NCBI GenBank assembly: GCA_947259415.1
Contig: CAMYMI010000013.1
Coordinates: 487 to 64,486 of the forward strand
Reading direction: 5' to 3'
Length of the DNA stretch: 64,000 bases
From: an uncultured Ectothiorhodospiraceae bacterium
GTDB taxonomy: Bacteria; Pseudomonadota; Gammaproteobacteria; UBA9214
Positions 51,968-62,314 of this stretch are shown here, in pieces (the stretch's first letter is position 1; each line of letters begins with the position of its first letter). The notes beneath the pieces are model-generated. The model did not search any database. It worked only from the letters and a program-made list of their open reading frames with translations, and was not told the origin of the DNA. A program made the translations under genes and the position numbers.

Positions 51968-54277
51968 CTAGAGCCAGTTGCCGATCAGCAGGAACGGTCC
52001 CCAGTAGCTCGGGTGATGGAAGCGGGGATCGTCGAGCAGTGTCAGCTGGGCCTGCTGCAGTGCCTGCGCCTTGGATACGCTGGGCTCCTTGAGATTCCTG
52101 TAGAACTCGGAGACCAGCAGTGACGAGGCCTGGTCGTTGATGTACCACAGTGTCGCCACGGCACTCCGCGCACCGGCCTTCACCGCAACCCCACCGAGAC
52201 CCAGGGCCGCCTTGTCATCGCCCACAGCTGTCTGGCAGGCGCTGAGGGTGAGCAATTCAACCGGCTGATCACGATAGGTCGTGCTGGCCATGTAGCCTTC
52301 GAGCCGGTCCATGCTGAGCCGGCCGTCGAAGGTCAGCAGGAAGGTATCGCGCACATCGCTCTGGAACTTGCCGTGCGAGGCGACGTGCACGATCGAGTAG
52401 GGGGTGTCGCTGAGCTGTTGTTCCACGTTCGAAATTGTGAAACTGCTGTTCTGCAGCACGGCACCCTCGTAGAGTTCGTCGAGGCTCGTCATCTCGCTCG
52501 ACACATCCGGCAGGGGCGGGAAACCCTGCACGCTTTCCGTCAAACCCGCCATCAGCAACTGGACATTTTCCCGCGGCAGTGGCTGGGGATCGGTGAGCGT
52601 AAGACCCGGCGTGGTCGCCACGGCATACCGGTTGACGATAAACTCTTTGCCATCATAGAGAGCCGCCAGGGGGATGGTCCGCAGGGCCCCGTCGGGAATG
52701 AAGACCAGGGTGTCGATCTTCAGCGCCTCGAGATCCTTTTCCAGCGGTTGCACCAGCCAGGTGTAGACCTTCTGCGCATGCCGCTTGTACTGGTGGGTGG
52801 TGCGTTTCTCCAGCCGGGCGCGGAAACGGTTTACCTCCTCATTCAGTTCATCGGCACTGACCGGAACAGTGTAGCGTTGCATGCCGCTTGGCAGACTGAC
52901 GAGGATTTCGAGGCGGTCCGGCAGAACAATCGGGTAGATCGCCGCGGTGCGTTCACCCAGCTGATCGATTCCCGTCGTTTTTTTCCTGAGCGCCGCAACG
53001 CAATCATCCTGGAAATAGTCCTCCAGCTCTGCGCCCTTGAGCATCTCGACGGTGGTGCGCACCTCACGCAAGTCAGCTTCCACGGCACTTGCGTCAGCAG
53101 TGGCATCCGCCCTTTGCAGAAGCAGATCCGCAAGATCCAGATATAACCGTCCGGCTTCATTCCGGAACTCCCCGTGCCTGCCCATGTAACCGGCCGCGAG
53201 TACCGGGCGAATTGTCTGGAGGTCATCGACGGCACGCTGGTGCGCGCGTATCGCGGCATCGACATCGCCAGCTGCGCGTAACAGGCGGCCCTCCTGCCAT
53301 TGCCACCGATAGCGGATCTCCGGTGCCGGCGTTTCCTGCAACTGGTGCAAGGCCCTGTGGGTATAGCGCATGGCATCTTCGCTGCGTCCTGCGCCTTCGT
53401 AGAGTGCACCCAGATAGCCATAGGCGTAGGACATGGCCCGGTCGTCATCGATCGACTCGGCAATCACCGCAGCCTCGTTGAGCGCATCATACGCACGCTT
53501 CTGCAGCGCTTCGGTGGCAGTCCCGGAACTCCCCGACAGGCGCGAATAAAGCCGGCCGATGCTGATCAGTGCATAGGCCTTCTCATGCGAAGGTGGAAGT
53601 GACTTGACGTGTCCCGCTGCACGACCAAGTTGCTCCCGGGCCTCGTCCCAGCGGTTGTCTTCCACCAGTACCCGTGAAATGTTGACAGCCCCCTTGGCCA
53701 CCAGGGTGTCACTACCTGCCGCTTTCGCATCGGCCATGGCCTGCTTGAAAACGGCGACTGCGGTGTTCGCTTCACCCTGTGAGGCGAGGAGGTTACCCAG
53801 GTTGTTTCCGGCCACGGCGGCCGCACCCGGCCGACCACCTGCACGCTCCGCTGACACCGCATTCTCGAGCAGTACCTTCGCGTCGTCGAGGCGGTTGGAG
53901 AGCAGATAGGCCGTCCCCAGGCTGGCCGCCACCTTTGCTGCGAGCCGTTCGTCCCCCGCTGCCTCCGCCAGCCCCAGTGCGGTTTTCAGACTGCTGATCG
54001 CCTTGTTATTCTGACCGATGGAAAGATAGGCCTCGGCCTTGTGCTGCAGTATGCGCGCCTGACCGGTCTTGTCATTCGTCTTGCGGTATTCCTTAAGTGC
54101 CGCGTTCCATGCCCCCAGGGCCTCTTCGAACCGACCATCTTTAAAATAGCTGCTCCCGCGCTCGACGGAGTCGGCAACGGTGACACTGGTGGGTGGTTCG
54201 ACAGCAGCCAACACTGACGTGGCAAACAAGAAACTGACAGTAATACTCAAGGCTTTTGAGAAGAAGCTGCGTTCCAT
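51968..54277 (-). CDS. Exported TPR + CHAT (caspase-HetF) protease
   Basis: SD AGGAGG, Sec signal (MERSFF...SVLA), TPR repeats, ELEDYFQDDC, catalytic HVASHG and LSACQT, HPSYWGPF.LIGNW. Confidence 0.93.
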   Translation of the reverse strand: MERSFFSKALSITVSFLFATSVLAAVEPPTSVTVADSVERGSSYFKDGRFEEALGAWNAALKEYRKTNDKTGQARILQHKAEAYLSIGQNNKAISSLKTALGLAEAAGDERLAAKVAASLGTAYLLSNRLDDAKVLLENAVSAERAGGRPGAAAVAGNNLGNLLASQGEANTAVAVFKQAMADAKAAGSDTLVAKGAVNISRVLVEDNRWDEAREQLGRAAGHVKSLPPSHEKAYALISIGRLYSRLSGSSGTATEALQKRAYDALNEAAVIAESIDDDRAMSYAYGYLGALYEGAGRSEDAMRYTHRALHQLQETPAPEIRYRWQWQEGRLLRAAGDVDAAIRAHQRAVDDLQTIRPVLAAGYMGRHGEFRNEAGRLYLDLADLLLQRADATADASAVEADLREVRTTVEMLKGAELEDYFQDDCVAALRKKTTGIDQLGERTAAIYPIVLPDRLEILVSLPSGMQRYTVPVSADELNEEVNRFRARLEKRTTHQYKRHAQKVYTWLVQPLEKDLEALKIDTLVFIPDGALRTIPLAALYDGKEFIVNRYAVATTPGLTLTDPQPLPRENVQLLMAGLTESVQGFPPLPDVSSEMTSLDELYEGAVLQNSSFTISNVEQQLSDTPYSIVHVASHGKFQSDVRDTFLLTFDGRLSMDRLEGYMASTTYRDQPVELLTLSACQTAVGDDKAALGLGGVAVKAGARSAVATLWYINDQASSLLVSEFYRNLKEPSVSKAQALQQAQLTLLDDPRFHHPSYWGPFLLIGNWL

Positions 54278-54892
54278 TTTTTTACCTCCTGGTGGCGGTC
54301 CGGCGCAATACGCAAAGTATCGCATAAATCTGGCCAGATCACCTCCTGCGCAAGTCTATTTGGTACCGGGATTGGCTGTATTTTACGGGTCTGTGGGATG
54401 GTGTCTGGCATAAAATAGCCAACTCCGATTCTTGTAGAAGGCAATTCGGTAATTTTTGAACTACTTATATTAGAAAGTGCTTGCTGCGCTATCATGCCAT
54501 GGCGCAGTGGCACGGATTTCCTTCACAAAAATGGACACTATGTGCAGATTGCCTCTCCGATTGATCCGTTCTTGAGCATCTAATACAGACGGATCCCTGT
54601 AATACCAAGGGAGCCATCAGGCTGCACGTGGTCCCGGATGATAAGGTTTGTCTGACCGGGTGTGTCCTGCCTGCCGTAGGTAATAACGCCGACAGTGAAG
54701 CAGGTCGCGTTCCGGGATTTCCCGCCGCGGTATCGTGATCGGAAAATTGTCAGGCAAGGGATATGTTCACCAACTGCCGAATAGCCCCCGACTGGGATGG
54801 GGTGTTTGTGCACACCCAGAAGTGATTCGGGATTGCTTTTCTGTGTTATCCGCTATTTTACCCTGCGCTTGATCGGGTAGTCCCAGCACTTT

Positions 54893-55326
54893 TCCTAACC
54901 CTCTCCCTAACCCTCTCCCAAAGGGAGAGGGGAAGAAACCAATTCGCTTCCTGTTTTCGCCCATCTTTACTAGAGATTTCCTTCTTCCTGCGGGACTCTT
55001 TTCAGTACCCCCTTGAGGGGCAGAAGGTTAGGATGAGGGGATATGAAATAAATGCTTTCCCATTTATCCTCTTTTATGCCCGGCGCTTAATAGGATACTT
55101 TCCAGCCCTTTTCCTAACCCTCTCCCTAACCCTCTCCCAGAGGGAGAGGGGGGTAAAGAAATTCGCTCCCGCAGTATCCAGAGAGTGGCATAAAGGAGAT
55201 GATATGTACTTGTACAAGAGAGACGCACACCGAAAGTGAATTGGTTTATCCCCCTCCACCCTAGGAATTAGTGATTGTTTTGTTGTTAACCCCCTCTCCC
55301 TTCGGGAGAGGGTTGGGGAGAGGGGT
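54893..55326. repeat. Cluster of CCCTCTCCC REP-like palindromes
   Basis: taaccctctccctaaccctctccca..gggagaggg at ~54896 and ~55114, with further copies at ~55007 and ~55289. Confidence 0.85.
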
Positions 55327-55438
55327 TAATGCGCTCGCTCACAGAATTCAAAATAAACAGGTTTGAAGGGGAGAGGGTTAACGCCTGATCACACTCTGAA
55401 GTACAATGAACCACGGCTAATATTCGAGACATCGATTT

Positions 55439-56080
55439 ATGCTGGAAAATATTCCCTTGTTCTCCGGGTTGCCCGAAGAGGCGCTGACCAAGATCGAGCA
55501 ACACGGCTCGACCAAGAGCTACAAGAAGAACACCATCGTCATCAACGAGGGTGACGAGACCGATTCCCTCTACGTGATCCTGTCCGGCCGGGTGAAGGTG
55601 TTTCTCAGCGGCGAGGACGGGCGCGAGGCCGTATTGAACCACCAGGGACCGGGCGAGTACTTCGGCGAAATGGCGCTGATCGATCGCCAGCCGCGGGCCG
55701 CCTCGGTGATGACCCTGGAGCCCTCGAAATTGATGATTATCTCGCGTAGCGATTTCATGGACTGTCTCTCGGCCAACCCGGAAATCGCCATGAATCTGAT
55801 TCGGCCACTGAACAGCCGGATACGCATGCTGGCGCAGAATGTCAGCAGCCTGGCTTTGCTCGACGTTTATGGTCGCGTGGCTCGGACCTTGTTGCAGCAT
55901 GCCGAGAAGGAGGATGGGAAGCTGATTACCGGTAAGCTGACCCAGCAGGAGATCGCCGATATGGCGGGAGCGTCACGCGCCATGGTCAGTCGAATCCTGA
56001 CCGACCTCAGGACCGGTGGTTATATCAGCATCGAGAACAAGCGTATCAGCATCCATCAGAAACTGCCCTCGCACTGGTAG
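55439..56080 (+). CDS. CRP/FNR-family transcription regulator
   Basis: cNMP pocket FGEMAL...PRAASV and HTH LTQQEIADMAGASRAMVSR. Confidence 0.95.
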   Translation: MLENIPLFSGLPEEALTKIEQHGSTKSYKKNTIVINEGDETDSLYVILSGRVKVFLSGEDGREAVLNHQGPGEYFGEMALIDRQPRAASVMTLEPSKLMIISRSDFMDCLSANPEIAMNLIRPLNSRIRMLAQNVSSLALLDVYGRVARTLLQHAEKEDGKLITGKLTQQEIADMAGASRAMVSRILTDLRTGGYISIENKRISIHQKLPSHW

Positions 56081-56198
56081 GCAGGCAGACGGTCTGACAC
56101 AAATATCTCCACATGGTCTTCTCCAATAAAAGGGGAGGGCGAATAAAATCGATCGCGGCTGCGACACACTCTGCAGGATTGTGTATAGGTCGTATTTT

Positions 56199-56756
56199 TC
56201 TCCCCTCTCCCTAGCCCTCTCGGCAACTGCTCCATGCATTGCTCTACCGCCTACATCCGTGTAGGCGTCCCGGAGGGAGAGGGGATCATCCATATTACAA
56301 GCTTCTTCTTTGCATTCGGTCTTTGGGTCCGCACGGACGCCTGCAGGGAGGAGGTGAGGCCGCGTAGCGGTCGAGAGGCTGGCCTGGGCCATGTAGGCGT
56401 TAGAGCACCAAAAGTAGGCGCTCTAGGCGACGCAGGGCGCAGTTGAAGAGAGGAACCGGTCTGTTTATACACGCTCCCTCTGCCTCCGGGAGAGAGGAAA
56501 GTCTGTTTATAAACGCTCCCTCTACCTCCGGGAGAGGGTTGGGGAGAGGGGAGATAAAGGAAGTTTCTTGATTGGCTGATTTTTTAACCCTCTCCCTTGT
56601 CCTCTCCCACTCATGGGAGAGGGGATCATCTAGTCCTCTCCCTTGTCCTCTCCCACTCATGGGAGAGGTGATCCTGTCACTTAAGTCATATAGATGATCG
56701 GTCACTGCTGTCCTATAAGCTCCCTCTCCCTCCGGGAGAGGGTTGGGGAGAGGGGA
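56199..56756. repeat. REP/REPIN-like cluster with nested GC-rich elements
   Basis: Multiple ccctctccc...gggagaggg hairpins and inverted pairs; includes the second copy of the 39714 element. Confidence 0.85.
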
Positions 56757-57040
56757 TACAAATCAATTGGTACCGGTGTGCGTCCAGGTGCCATTGTGAG
56801 GCTTGCCGTTGTGCCCGAACTCTGTACGCCGGTCAGGCGACGCGTGCTGTCTTAAACGAATTAATCATTCAACTGACTGAATTACCAATGGAATTAACCA
56901 ATTCAAAATGTGAATAATTGACATTTTTTCTGTCCACTTTGCCGGCGCGTCCAGAAAGCCATCTGGTTAATCTATAGCCAAGTGAAAAGATCAATGTGTG
57001 TAACCAATGGAGCTGCCTGTCGCAGCCGGAGGAGAGAAAA

Positions 57041-57373
57041 ATGAAAAGGACCTTATTCACAACACTGGTTTTATCAGCGGCCATTGCGGGATTCAGTCCC
57101 GCCACGTTCGCTGCCGAAGACGATGATTCCATGCGCGCCTGGCAAACGAGTCTGTTGTATGCACCCAGCGAGGCGCAGCGAAGGGTTGAAGACCGCGGTC
57201 GGGTCGTGATCTATGATGGCCTGCACAGCACCGATATCGACCGGGCGTTCGATGAGCAGTTCGACCGTGTCGAGAACATGATGTTCGTCAATACCGTGCT
57301 CACCGATTCAGAAGGTGCACCGCTTACGGACCCGGATACCGGCGAATACATGACCGAGGACGACGGTTGCTGA
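57041..57373 (+). CDS. Secreted hypothetical protein ending in DDGC
   Basis: SD GGAGGAG, signal peptide, IYDGL...FDRVENMMF. Confidence 0.8.
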   Translation: MKRTLFTTLVLSAAIAGFSPATFAAEDDDSMRAWQTSLLYAPSEAQRRVEDRGRVVIYDGLHSTDIDRAFDEQFDRVENMMFVNTVLTDSEGAPLTDPDTGEYMTEDDGC

Positions 57374-57397
57374 CAGGGCATCCACCCGGATGCCCTG
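57374..57397. terminator. Hairpin between convergent genes
   Basis: cagggcatcc-accc-ggatgccctg. Confidence 0.65.
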
Positions 57398-57416
57398 GAG
57401 TGGATTTGTGTCGGAC

Positions 57417-58166
57417 TCAGTCGCTGATCGCGAAAGTGACCGGCCGGCTGAGGGAGCCGTGATTGAAGTCCCCCAGCAGGACATGCTCGTTGGTATCGCG
57501 GGCATGGATAACCCAGGAGTAGTAGCCGCCTTTTTCCAGCAGTCCCTTCGGTAACACCAGGCGAGGCTCGGACAACAACTTCGAGTTATGGATCAGCTTG
57601 CCGTCGTTCCACAGGTCACGGATAAAGACCTGGTAGAAGGCCGCGCCGGGGATGGCATCCCAGCTCAGTTCCTTCGGTACCTCATCGATCTCCGCATCCG
57701 CTGCGGGCACATGGCCGGCGGCCTGGGGGAGCTTGTCGATGATGACGTAATCGCGCGCCTGGAACTGGCTGCCGTCATTCAGGGTGACGCGCGCGGAATA
57801 CCAGCCATCGGGTGCACTCGACGGGACATCGGTCTCGACCATGAAGGCCCGCTTCGGTGGCTTGTTTTTGGGGGTGATCTTGCGGTAATTACCCAGGTCA
57901 AGTTCGGACAACAGACGGCCGTCGGGGTAGTAGACCTCGATCTTTTCGGTCTCGGCAAACCGCGGCGTGGAAAACAGCGGCATGAAAAACAGTGACCGGT
58001 CCGGCCAGTTGCACACGTGGATATCGAAAAAGCCGGCCGCGTTGTAGTGCGGGTCCTCGCCGGCCTGTGCGGCTGCAGCGAAGAATGCCAGACTGAGGAT
58101 AATCAGCGAATGGCTTAGCCGCCGATTGATGCGGGGTTCATGCCGGGTTGGATTAATAATGCGCAT
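57417..58166 (-). CDS. Secreted hypothetical protein
   Basis: Signal peptide ending AQA, HYN..GFFDIHVCNW and an FN3-like C-terminus. Start codon uncertain. Confidence 0.75.
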   Translation of the reverse strand: MRIINPTRHEPRINRRLSHSLIILSLAFFAAAAQAGEDPHYNAAGFFDIHVCNWPDRSLFFMPLFSTPRFAETEKIEVYYPDGRLLSELDLGNYRKITPKNKPPKRAFMVETDVPSSAPDGWYSARVTLNDGSQFQARDYVIIDKLPQAAGHVPAADAEIDEVPKELSWDAIPGAAFYQVFIRDLWNDGKLIHNSKLLSEPRLVLPKGLLEKGGYYSWVIHARDTNEHVLLGDFNHGSLSRPVTFAISD

Positions 58167-58215
58167 GGTTTCTCCTTTTCCGTTGCTGTTCATCCGCGGG
58201 CTTACTGCTACGTTC

Positions 58216-58526
58216 CTTCTCCCCTTGAAGGGGAGAAGGTTAGGATGAGGGATGAGAAAGGAAGTTTTTTAACTGCATGATTTCTCAACCCTCTCCCTCG
58301 CCCTCTCCCACTCATGGGAGAGGGGATCATCTAGTCCTATCCCCTTACCTTATATTAACCATGGTGTGAGGGGTGAGAAAGGAATTGTCTTGACTGCCTG
58401 ATTTCTCAACCCTCTCCCTGGCCCTCTCCCACTCATGGGAGAGGGGATCATCTAATCCTCTCCCTGGCCCTCTCCCACTCAGGGGAGAGGGAATCATCTA
58501 GTCCTCTCCCACTCAGGGGAGAGGGG
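58216..58526. repeat. REP/REPIN-like cluster
   Basis: Repeated ccctctcccactca(t)gggagaggggatcatcta units. Confidence 0.85.
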
Positions 58527-58594
58527 ATTCTTTCGTTGATGTTGTTGACATGCACCAATGTCATGTGCACGACAATGCAACCTGCTTTATCTAC

Positions 58595-59044
58595 TTATTT
58601 ATCCGTTCCCGGTGCCCGCCGGTTGGCCTCGCGCAGCCGCAGCGACAGGCTGCGCAGCATGCCGATGCTGAGTTCCGGGTAGCTCAGGATCAGGCCCTTC
58701 AGGCGCGATTTGTCCAGCGCCAGGACCGTGCTGTCTTTGATGACGTGGGCCGTGGCGGAACGCGGCAGGTCATCAAGTATGTTCATTTCTCCGAAGCAGT
58801 CGCCAGGACCCAGGCGGGCGATGAAATTGGTACTGCTCGTGTCCGGGTCGAGACTGATGCCGACCTCGCCGCTCACCATCAGGTAGAGGTGGTCACCGTG
58901 TGCGTTGATCTCGAATACGCGGTCACCGGCAAAGTAACGTTGCTCCTCAAGCGCCTGGGCCACGCGCCGCAGGTCATCGATGGCAACCTCGGAAAATACC
59001 GCAGATTTCTTCAACAACAGCAAGCGGTCAAACAGATCAGGCAC
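58595..59044 (-). CDS. Stand-alone cyclic-nucleotide-binding domain protein
   Basis: FGEMNILDDLPRSAT; GTG start overlaps the upstream stop. Confidence 0.9.
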   Translation of the reverse strand: MPDLFDRLLLLKKSAVFSEVAIDDLRRVAQALEEQRYFAGDRVFEINAHGDHLYLMVSGEVGISLDPDTSSTNFIARLGPGDCFGEMNILDDLPRSATAHVIKDSTVLALDKSRLKGLILSYPELSIGMLRSLSLRLREANRRAPGTDK

Positions 59045-61721
59045 GGCTGTTTCCTGGGCTGAGGGTTGACAGGACCGTGTCGGCACAGTGCCGCAACCAG
59101 TCATCTTTTTGTTGTCGGCACCAGTCCAGAACCTCCTGCAGCGCCCTCAAATCGGCCTTGGCAGGCTTACCGGTCTGCTTGCTGATGCTCAATTGCAGTA
59201 TATCATGCAGCTGGCCGGCAACGTTGTGATCGTCCAGGTTGGCAAGCACCTCGATGGCGTTGGCCACATGTCGGCTGTCACCGCTCGAGAAGCCGGCACG
59301 GATAATACTGATCAACCCCGGTTCATGCAGGGGTTCCAGGGCCTGCAGTGCGAGGTGCAGCATCTGGTTCATGCGCTCACTGAGAGTGTATCTCACGAGT
59401 TCCAGGGCCGGTAAATCACCGACATTCACAGAGGCCTCCTCCAGGACGGCGACCGCAGCCTGGAGACTTCCGGCTTCGTCAATCTTACGCATGGCAATGG
59501 TTTCATAGCGGGCTGATGGCAGGCCCATCTCCTGCAAGGCCCCGAGCAGTGTACCCTGGGCACGGGGATTACACTGGTTATCGGTAATCCACAGGATTGC
59601 GGTCTGTACGAAGTCATCGGTCACCTGCTGCAGCGACCGCAGGGCCGCTTCGCGCACCCGGGGGTGACCATCGCCCAGTGCCCGGGCAATCCGGTTATCC
59701 CGGTCGGCGATGACCAGGTGCAGGCAGCCCGCTGCGGCCGTGCGCAGCGCAGGGTCCTCACTGTCGAGCGGATCATCCAGCAGCTCATCGATGTTGATGC
59801 GGCAGCCGGCGGGCCAGAGGCTGATACCCGTCAGCGCGCGTGTTCTGGCATCCGTCACCGGTTCCTGCAGGAGGGTCTCGAGTGCCTGGCGGTAGGCGAA
59901 GGTAACGGTCTCACGCTCCGGGTCGTCCAGGTTGGTGATATCCGGAACCAGGTCCATGGCCGCCAGGCAGGCAGGGGTGTCGGCGCCCAGCAGTTGCAGC
60001 CAGTGCTGGACGATATTGGGACGGTGTTCGTAGTTCACCGCCACGTGAATAGCGAGGCTGCGCAGGCGTGGGTTGTCGCTATCCAGGAGCCTGATCGCCG
60101 TATTTCTTGCCCGTTCATCACCGTCTGTTACCAGCATCTTCAGGACAGTGGCCTGCAGGTGTTTATCACCCTTGTCCGCCAGTGCATGAAGCTGCGAGCG
60201 GTAGGGTCCGATGTCTTTCGCACCGAGCATGCGCAACATGCGGTCGATCGTGGGTGTGTCCTTTTTACCGATTTCATCGAGGATGAGTTTCACGGCCTCG
60301 TCGGGGAAGGAATCCACCAGCAACCGCGCAAACGCGACGGAGACCTCGTTGTCTTCGTGACGCACACCGCGCAGGACCTCGTCGAGCACACCAGAACTGC
60401 TGCCCTGCAGCTCGAGATACATTTGCTCATTGGGCAGGAACAGGCGTTCCTTGAGGGTATTGAGCAGGGTGCTGACATAGGCCCGGTTCATCCGGTGATT
60501 GAAGAAAAAATACAGCATGGCGGCGCCGGCACCGGGTATCAGGAAATAACGCGGATCGTCCATGCGCTGCATGACCCACAACAGGGTGCCGCATATCAAC
60601 AGGGCCAGGGGGAGCACGATCGCGACCGACATGGCACGTGCACGTCCCTGCATGTAACCGGGCAGTACGTTGAAGAACATCGCCCTGACCGGATTCCTGA
60701 AGGCCGGCATCACGGTGTCCTTGTTGAAGCTGCCGAGCAGTGCGGAGGGCAGGGCGAAGCTGACCATCAGGGCCAACAGGCTGAATACCGTGGTGACCGG
60801 GTAAATCAGGTTTACCTTGCGCACCCCAAAGCGTTCAATGGTGCGGTTGGTGACGAACAGCTGGATCAGCAGCGCGATGATGCTGGTGGCCGCCGTCAGA
60901 GCACCGAAGAAGCTGGTCAGCGCCTCCTCGGTGGTAAAGGTCTGGGTATAGACCCGGTTGACGCTGTAATTGAGGATGTAAAAGGCGATCACCATGAAGA
61001 ACATCGCAAACGAGGCCGCGCGCAGTAAGGCTGAACTGTAGGTGAAACGCACGCCCTGGTTGATGTCGAGGATGCAGTCACGCACCAGGTGGGCGCCTTT
61101 CTTCGGTGGCCGGAAGTGTGCCGAGACTCCGTAGCGTCTGTGATGCAGGTAGATAACCGCAATACCCAGGCCGAGCAGCAGGCACCAGGCCAGCAGCAGA
61201 TTCTGGGTGCCGATCAGCGGGGCGAACACGGCCAGGGTCAGACCGCCGCTGATGGTGCCGACCTGGGCGCCGGCGTATATCAGGGGTGACAGGCGTTTGG
61301 CCTGCAGGGTGTTCAGGTTCTGGTTCATGTAGAGGGCGCCATGGACCAGCAACAGGTCGGAGGAAACCTCGTAGACCAGGTAGTAGAAGGGGTAGACCCA
61401 TGTGGATCCGGTATTGCTGATCACCATCCAGCTGGCCCCGACCAGGATCACCAGGATGCCCAGCAGGGCCTTGAAAAAGGACTCGGCCGGTATGCGATCG
61501 GCAAACGCGGCATACAGGGTACTGGCAGCGGCCAGCAGCACGCTCTGGATGATGTACATCAAGGGCAGATACTCGATGCCGAAGCGCTTGAAGAACAGGG
61601 CGTCGGCGGTGCTGCGACCGATGGCCATGCCGGCGCTGACCAGCAGGAAGAACAGCAGGAAGTACAGGACCTCGCCGCTCTCGTCCTCGTGGACGAGGAA
61701 GAGTTTTCTGATGCGTTCCAT
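59037..61721 (-). CDS. NTT/TLC-like (ADP/ATP carrier-related) MFS domain + HEAT repeats
   Basis: About 12 N-terminal TM segments (ALF..RFG.EYLP.MY, QAKRL.P) and C-terminal HEAT repeats (D..PR.R..A). Confidence 0.8.
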   Translation of the reverse strand: MERIRKLFLVHEDESGEVLYFLLFFLLVSAGMAIGRSTADALFFKRFGIEYLPLMYIIQSVLLAAASTLYAAFADRIPAESFFKALLGILVILVGASWMVISNTGSTWVYPFYYLVYEVSSDLLLVHGALYMNQNLNTLQAKRLSPLIYAGAQVGTISGGLTLAVFAPLIGTQNLLLAWCLLLGLGIAVIYLHHRRYGVSAHFRPPKKGAHLVRDCILDINQGVRFTYSSALLRAASFAMFFMVIAFYILNYSVNRVYTQTFTTEEALTSFFGALTAATSIIALLIQLFVTNRTIERFGVRKVNLIYPVTTVFSLLALMVSFALPSALLGSFNKDTVMPAFRNPVRAMFFNVLPGYMQGRARAMSVAIVLPLALLICGTLLWVMQRMDDPRYFLIPGAGAAMLYFFFNHRMNRAYVSTLLNTLKERLFLPNEQMYLELQGSSSGVLDEVLRGVRHEDNEVSVAFARLLVDSFPDEAVKLILDEIGKKDTPTIDRMLRMLGAKDIGPYRSQLHALADKGDKHLQATVLKMLVTDGDERARNTAIRLLDSDNPRLRSLAIHVAVNYEHRPNIVQHWLQLLGADTPACLAAMDLVPDITNLDDPERETVTFAYRQALETLLQEPVTDARTRALTGISLWPAGCRINIDELLDDPLDSEDPALRTAAAGCLHLVIADRDNRIARALGDGHPRVREAALRSLQQVTDDFVQTAILWITDNQCNPRAQGTLLGALQEMGLPSARYETIAMRKIDEAGSLQAAVAVLEEASVNVGDLPALELVRYTLSERMNQMLHLALQALEPLHEPGLISIIRAGFSSGDSRHVANAIEVLANLDDHNVAGQLHDILQLSISKQTGKPAKADLRALQEVLDWCRQQKDDWLRHCADTVLSTLSPGNSRA

Positions 61722-61744
61722 ACTCAGAAGAATCTCATCACTGG

Positions 61745-62314
61745 TTATTGAAACGGAAACAGTTTCATTGGCTTGGCCATCTGATTCACATTGCCCCCCA
61801 TATAGCCCATGGTGACATTCATATCGGTGACCTGCCGGTTCAGAAGCTGTATGTTTGCTGCCATGTTGGCGACGTTGCCATTCATGGTATAAATTTGCTC
61901 GACCAGCGAGTGAACGTCACCACTCAGGTTCAGCAGGCTACCGTCCATGCTGACAACGGCAGCATTCATTGCCGGTATGACAGTGATGTTATCGTTGAGT
62001 GTGAGCATGGTCTTCTGCATGGTCCCCATGTCGTCAGCCATTGATTCCATGTCCGCCTGCATTGTCTGCATATAGCCTGACATATCCTCCATGTGAATAG
62101 TGACCAGAGAGAAATCCTTGGTCAGGATAAATATAAGATAGAACAGCGCCACACCCAGAATGGCCATACCCGTCATGCCGAAGCGTATGATCTGCGTGGT
62201 GCGTCGGCCGATGCGGATGCTCATCTGTTCCCGGTGTTGCATGCCCTCGCGGAATTCCTGCATGGAATTCTCCACGATCTCGGCCAGTGTCCTGGCGCTG
62301 TTAGTGTCCTCCAT
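61745..62314 (-). CDS. Single-TM Met-rich heptad-repeat protein
   Basis: TM segment followed by M..M...M heptads; ends MAKPMKLFPFQ. Confidence 0.75.
   Translation of the reverse strand: MEDTNSARTLAEIVENSMQEFREGMQHREQMSIRIGRRTTQIIRFGMTGMAILGVALFYLIFILTKDFSLVTIHMEDMSGYMQTMQADMESMADDMGTMQKTMLTLNDNITVIPAMNAAVVSMDGSLLNLSGDVHSLVEQIYTMNGNVANMAANIQLLNRQVTDMNVTMGYMGGNVNQMAKPMKLFPFQ

Noticed and set aside
51968-54277. Craspase or gasdermin-activating defence protease
   Set aside because: No Cas7-11, Csx30 or gasdermin-like gene is nearby, and the protein has an export signal.
54484-54498. Sigma54 promoter for the CHAT gene
   Set aside because: The GG/GC spacing fits but the -12 TT is missing; too weak to call.
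56906-56926. CRP box aaatgtgaataattgacattt
   Set aside because: The half-site spacing is one base short of TGTGA-N6-TCACA; it may be another operator but is unsupported.
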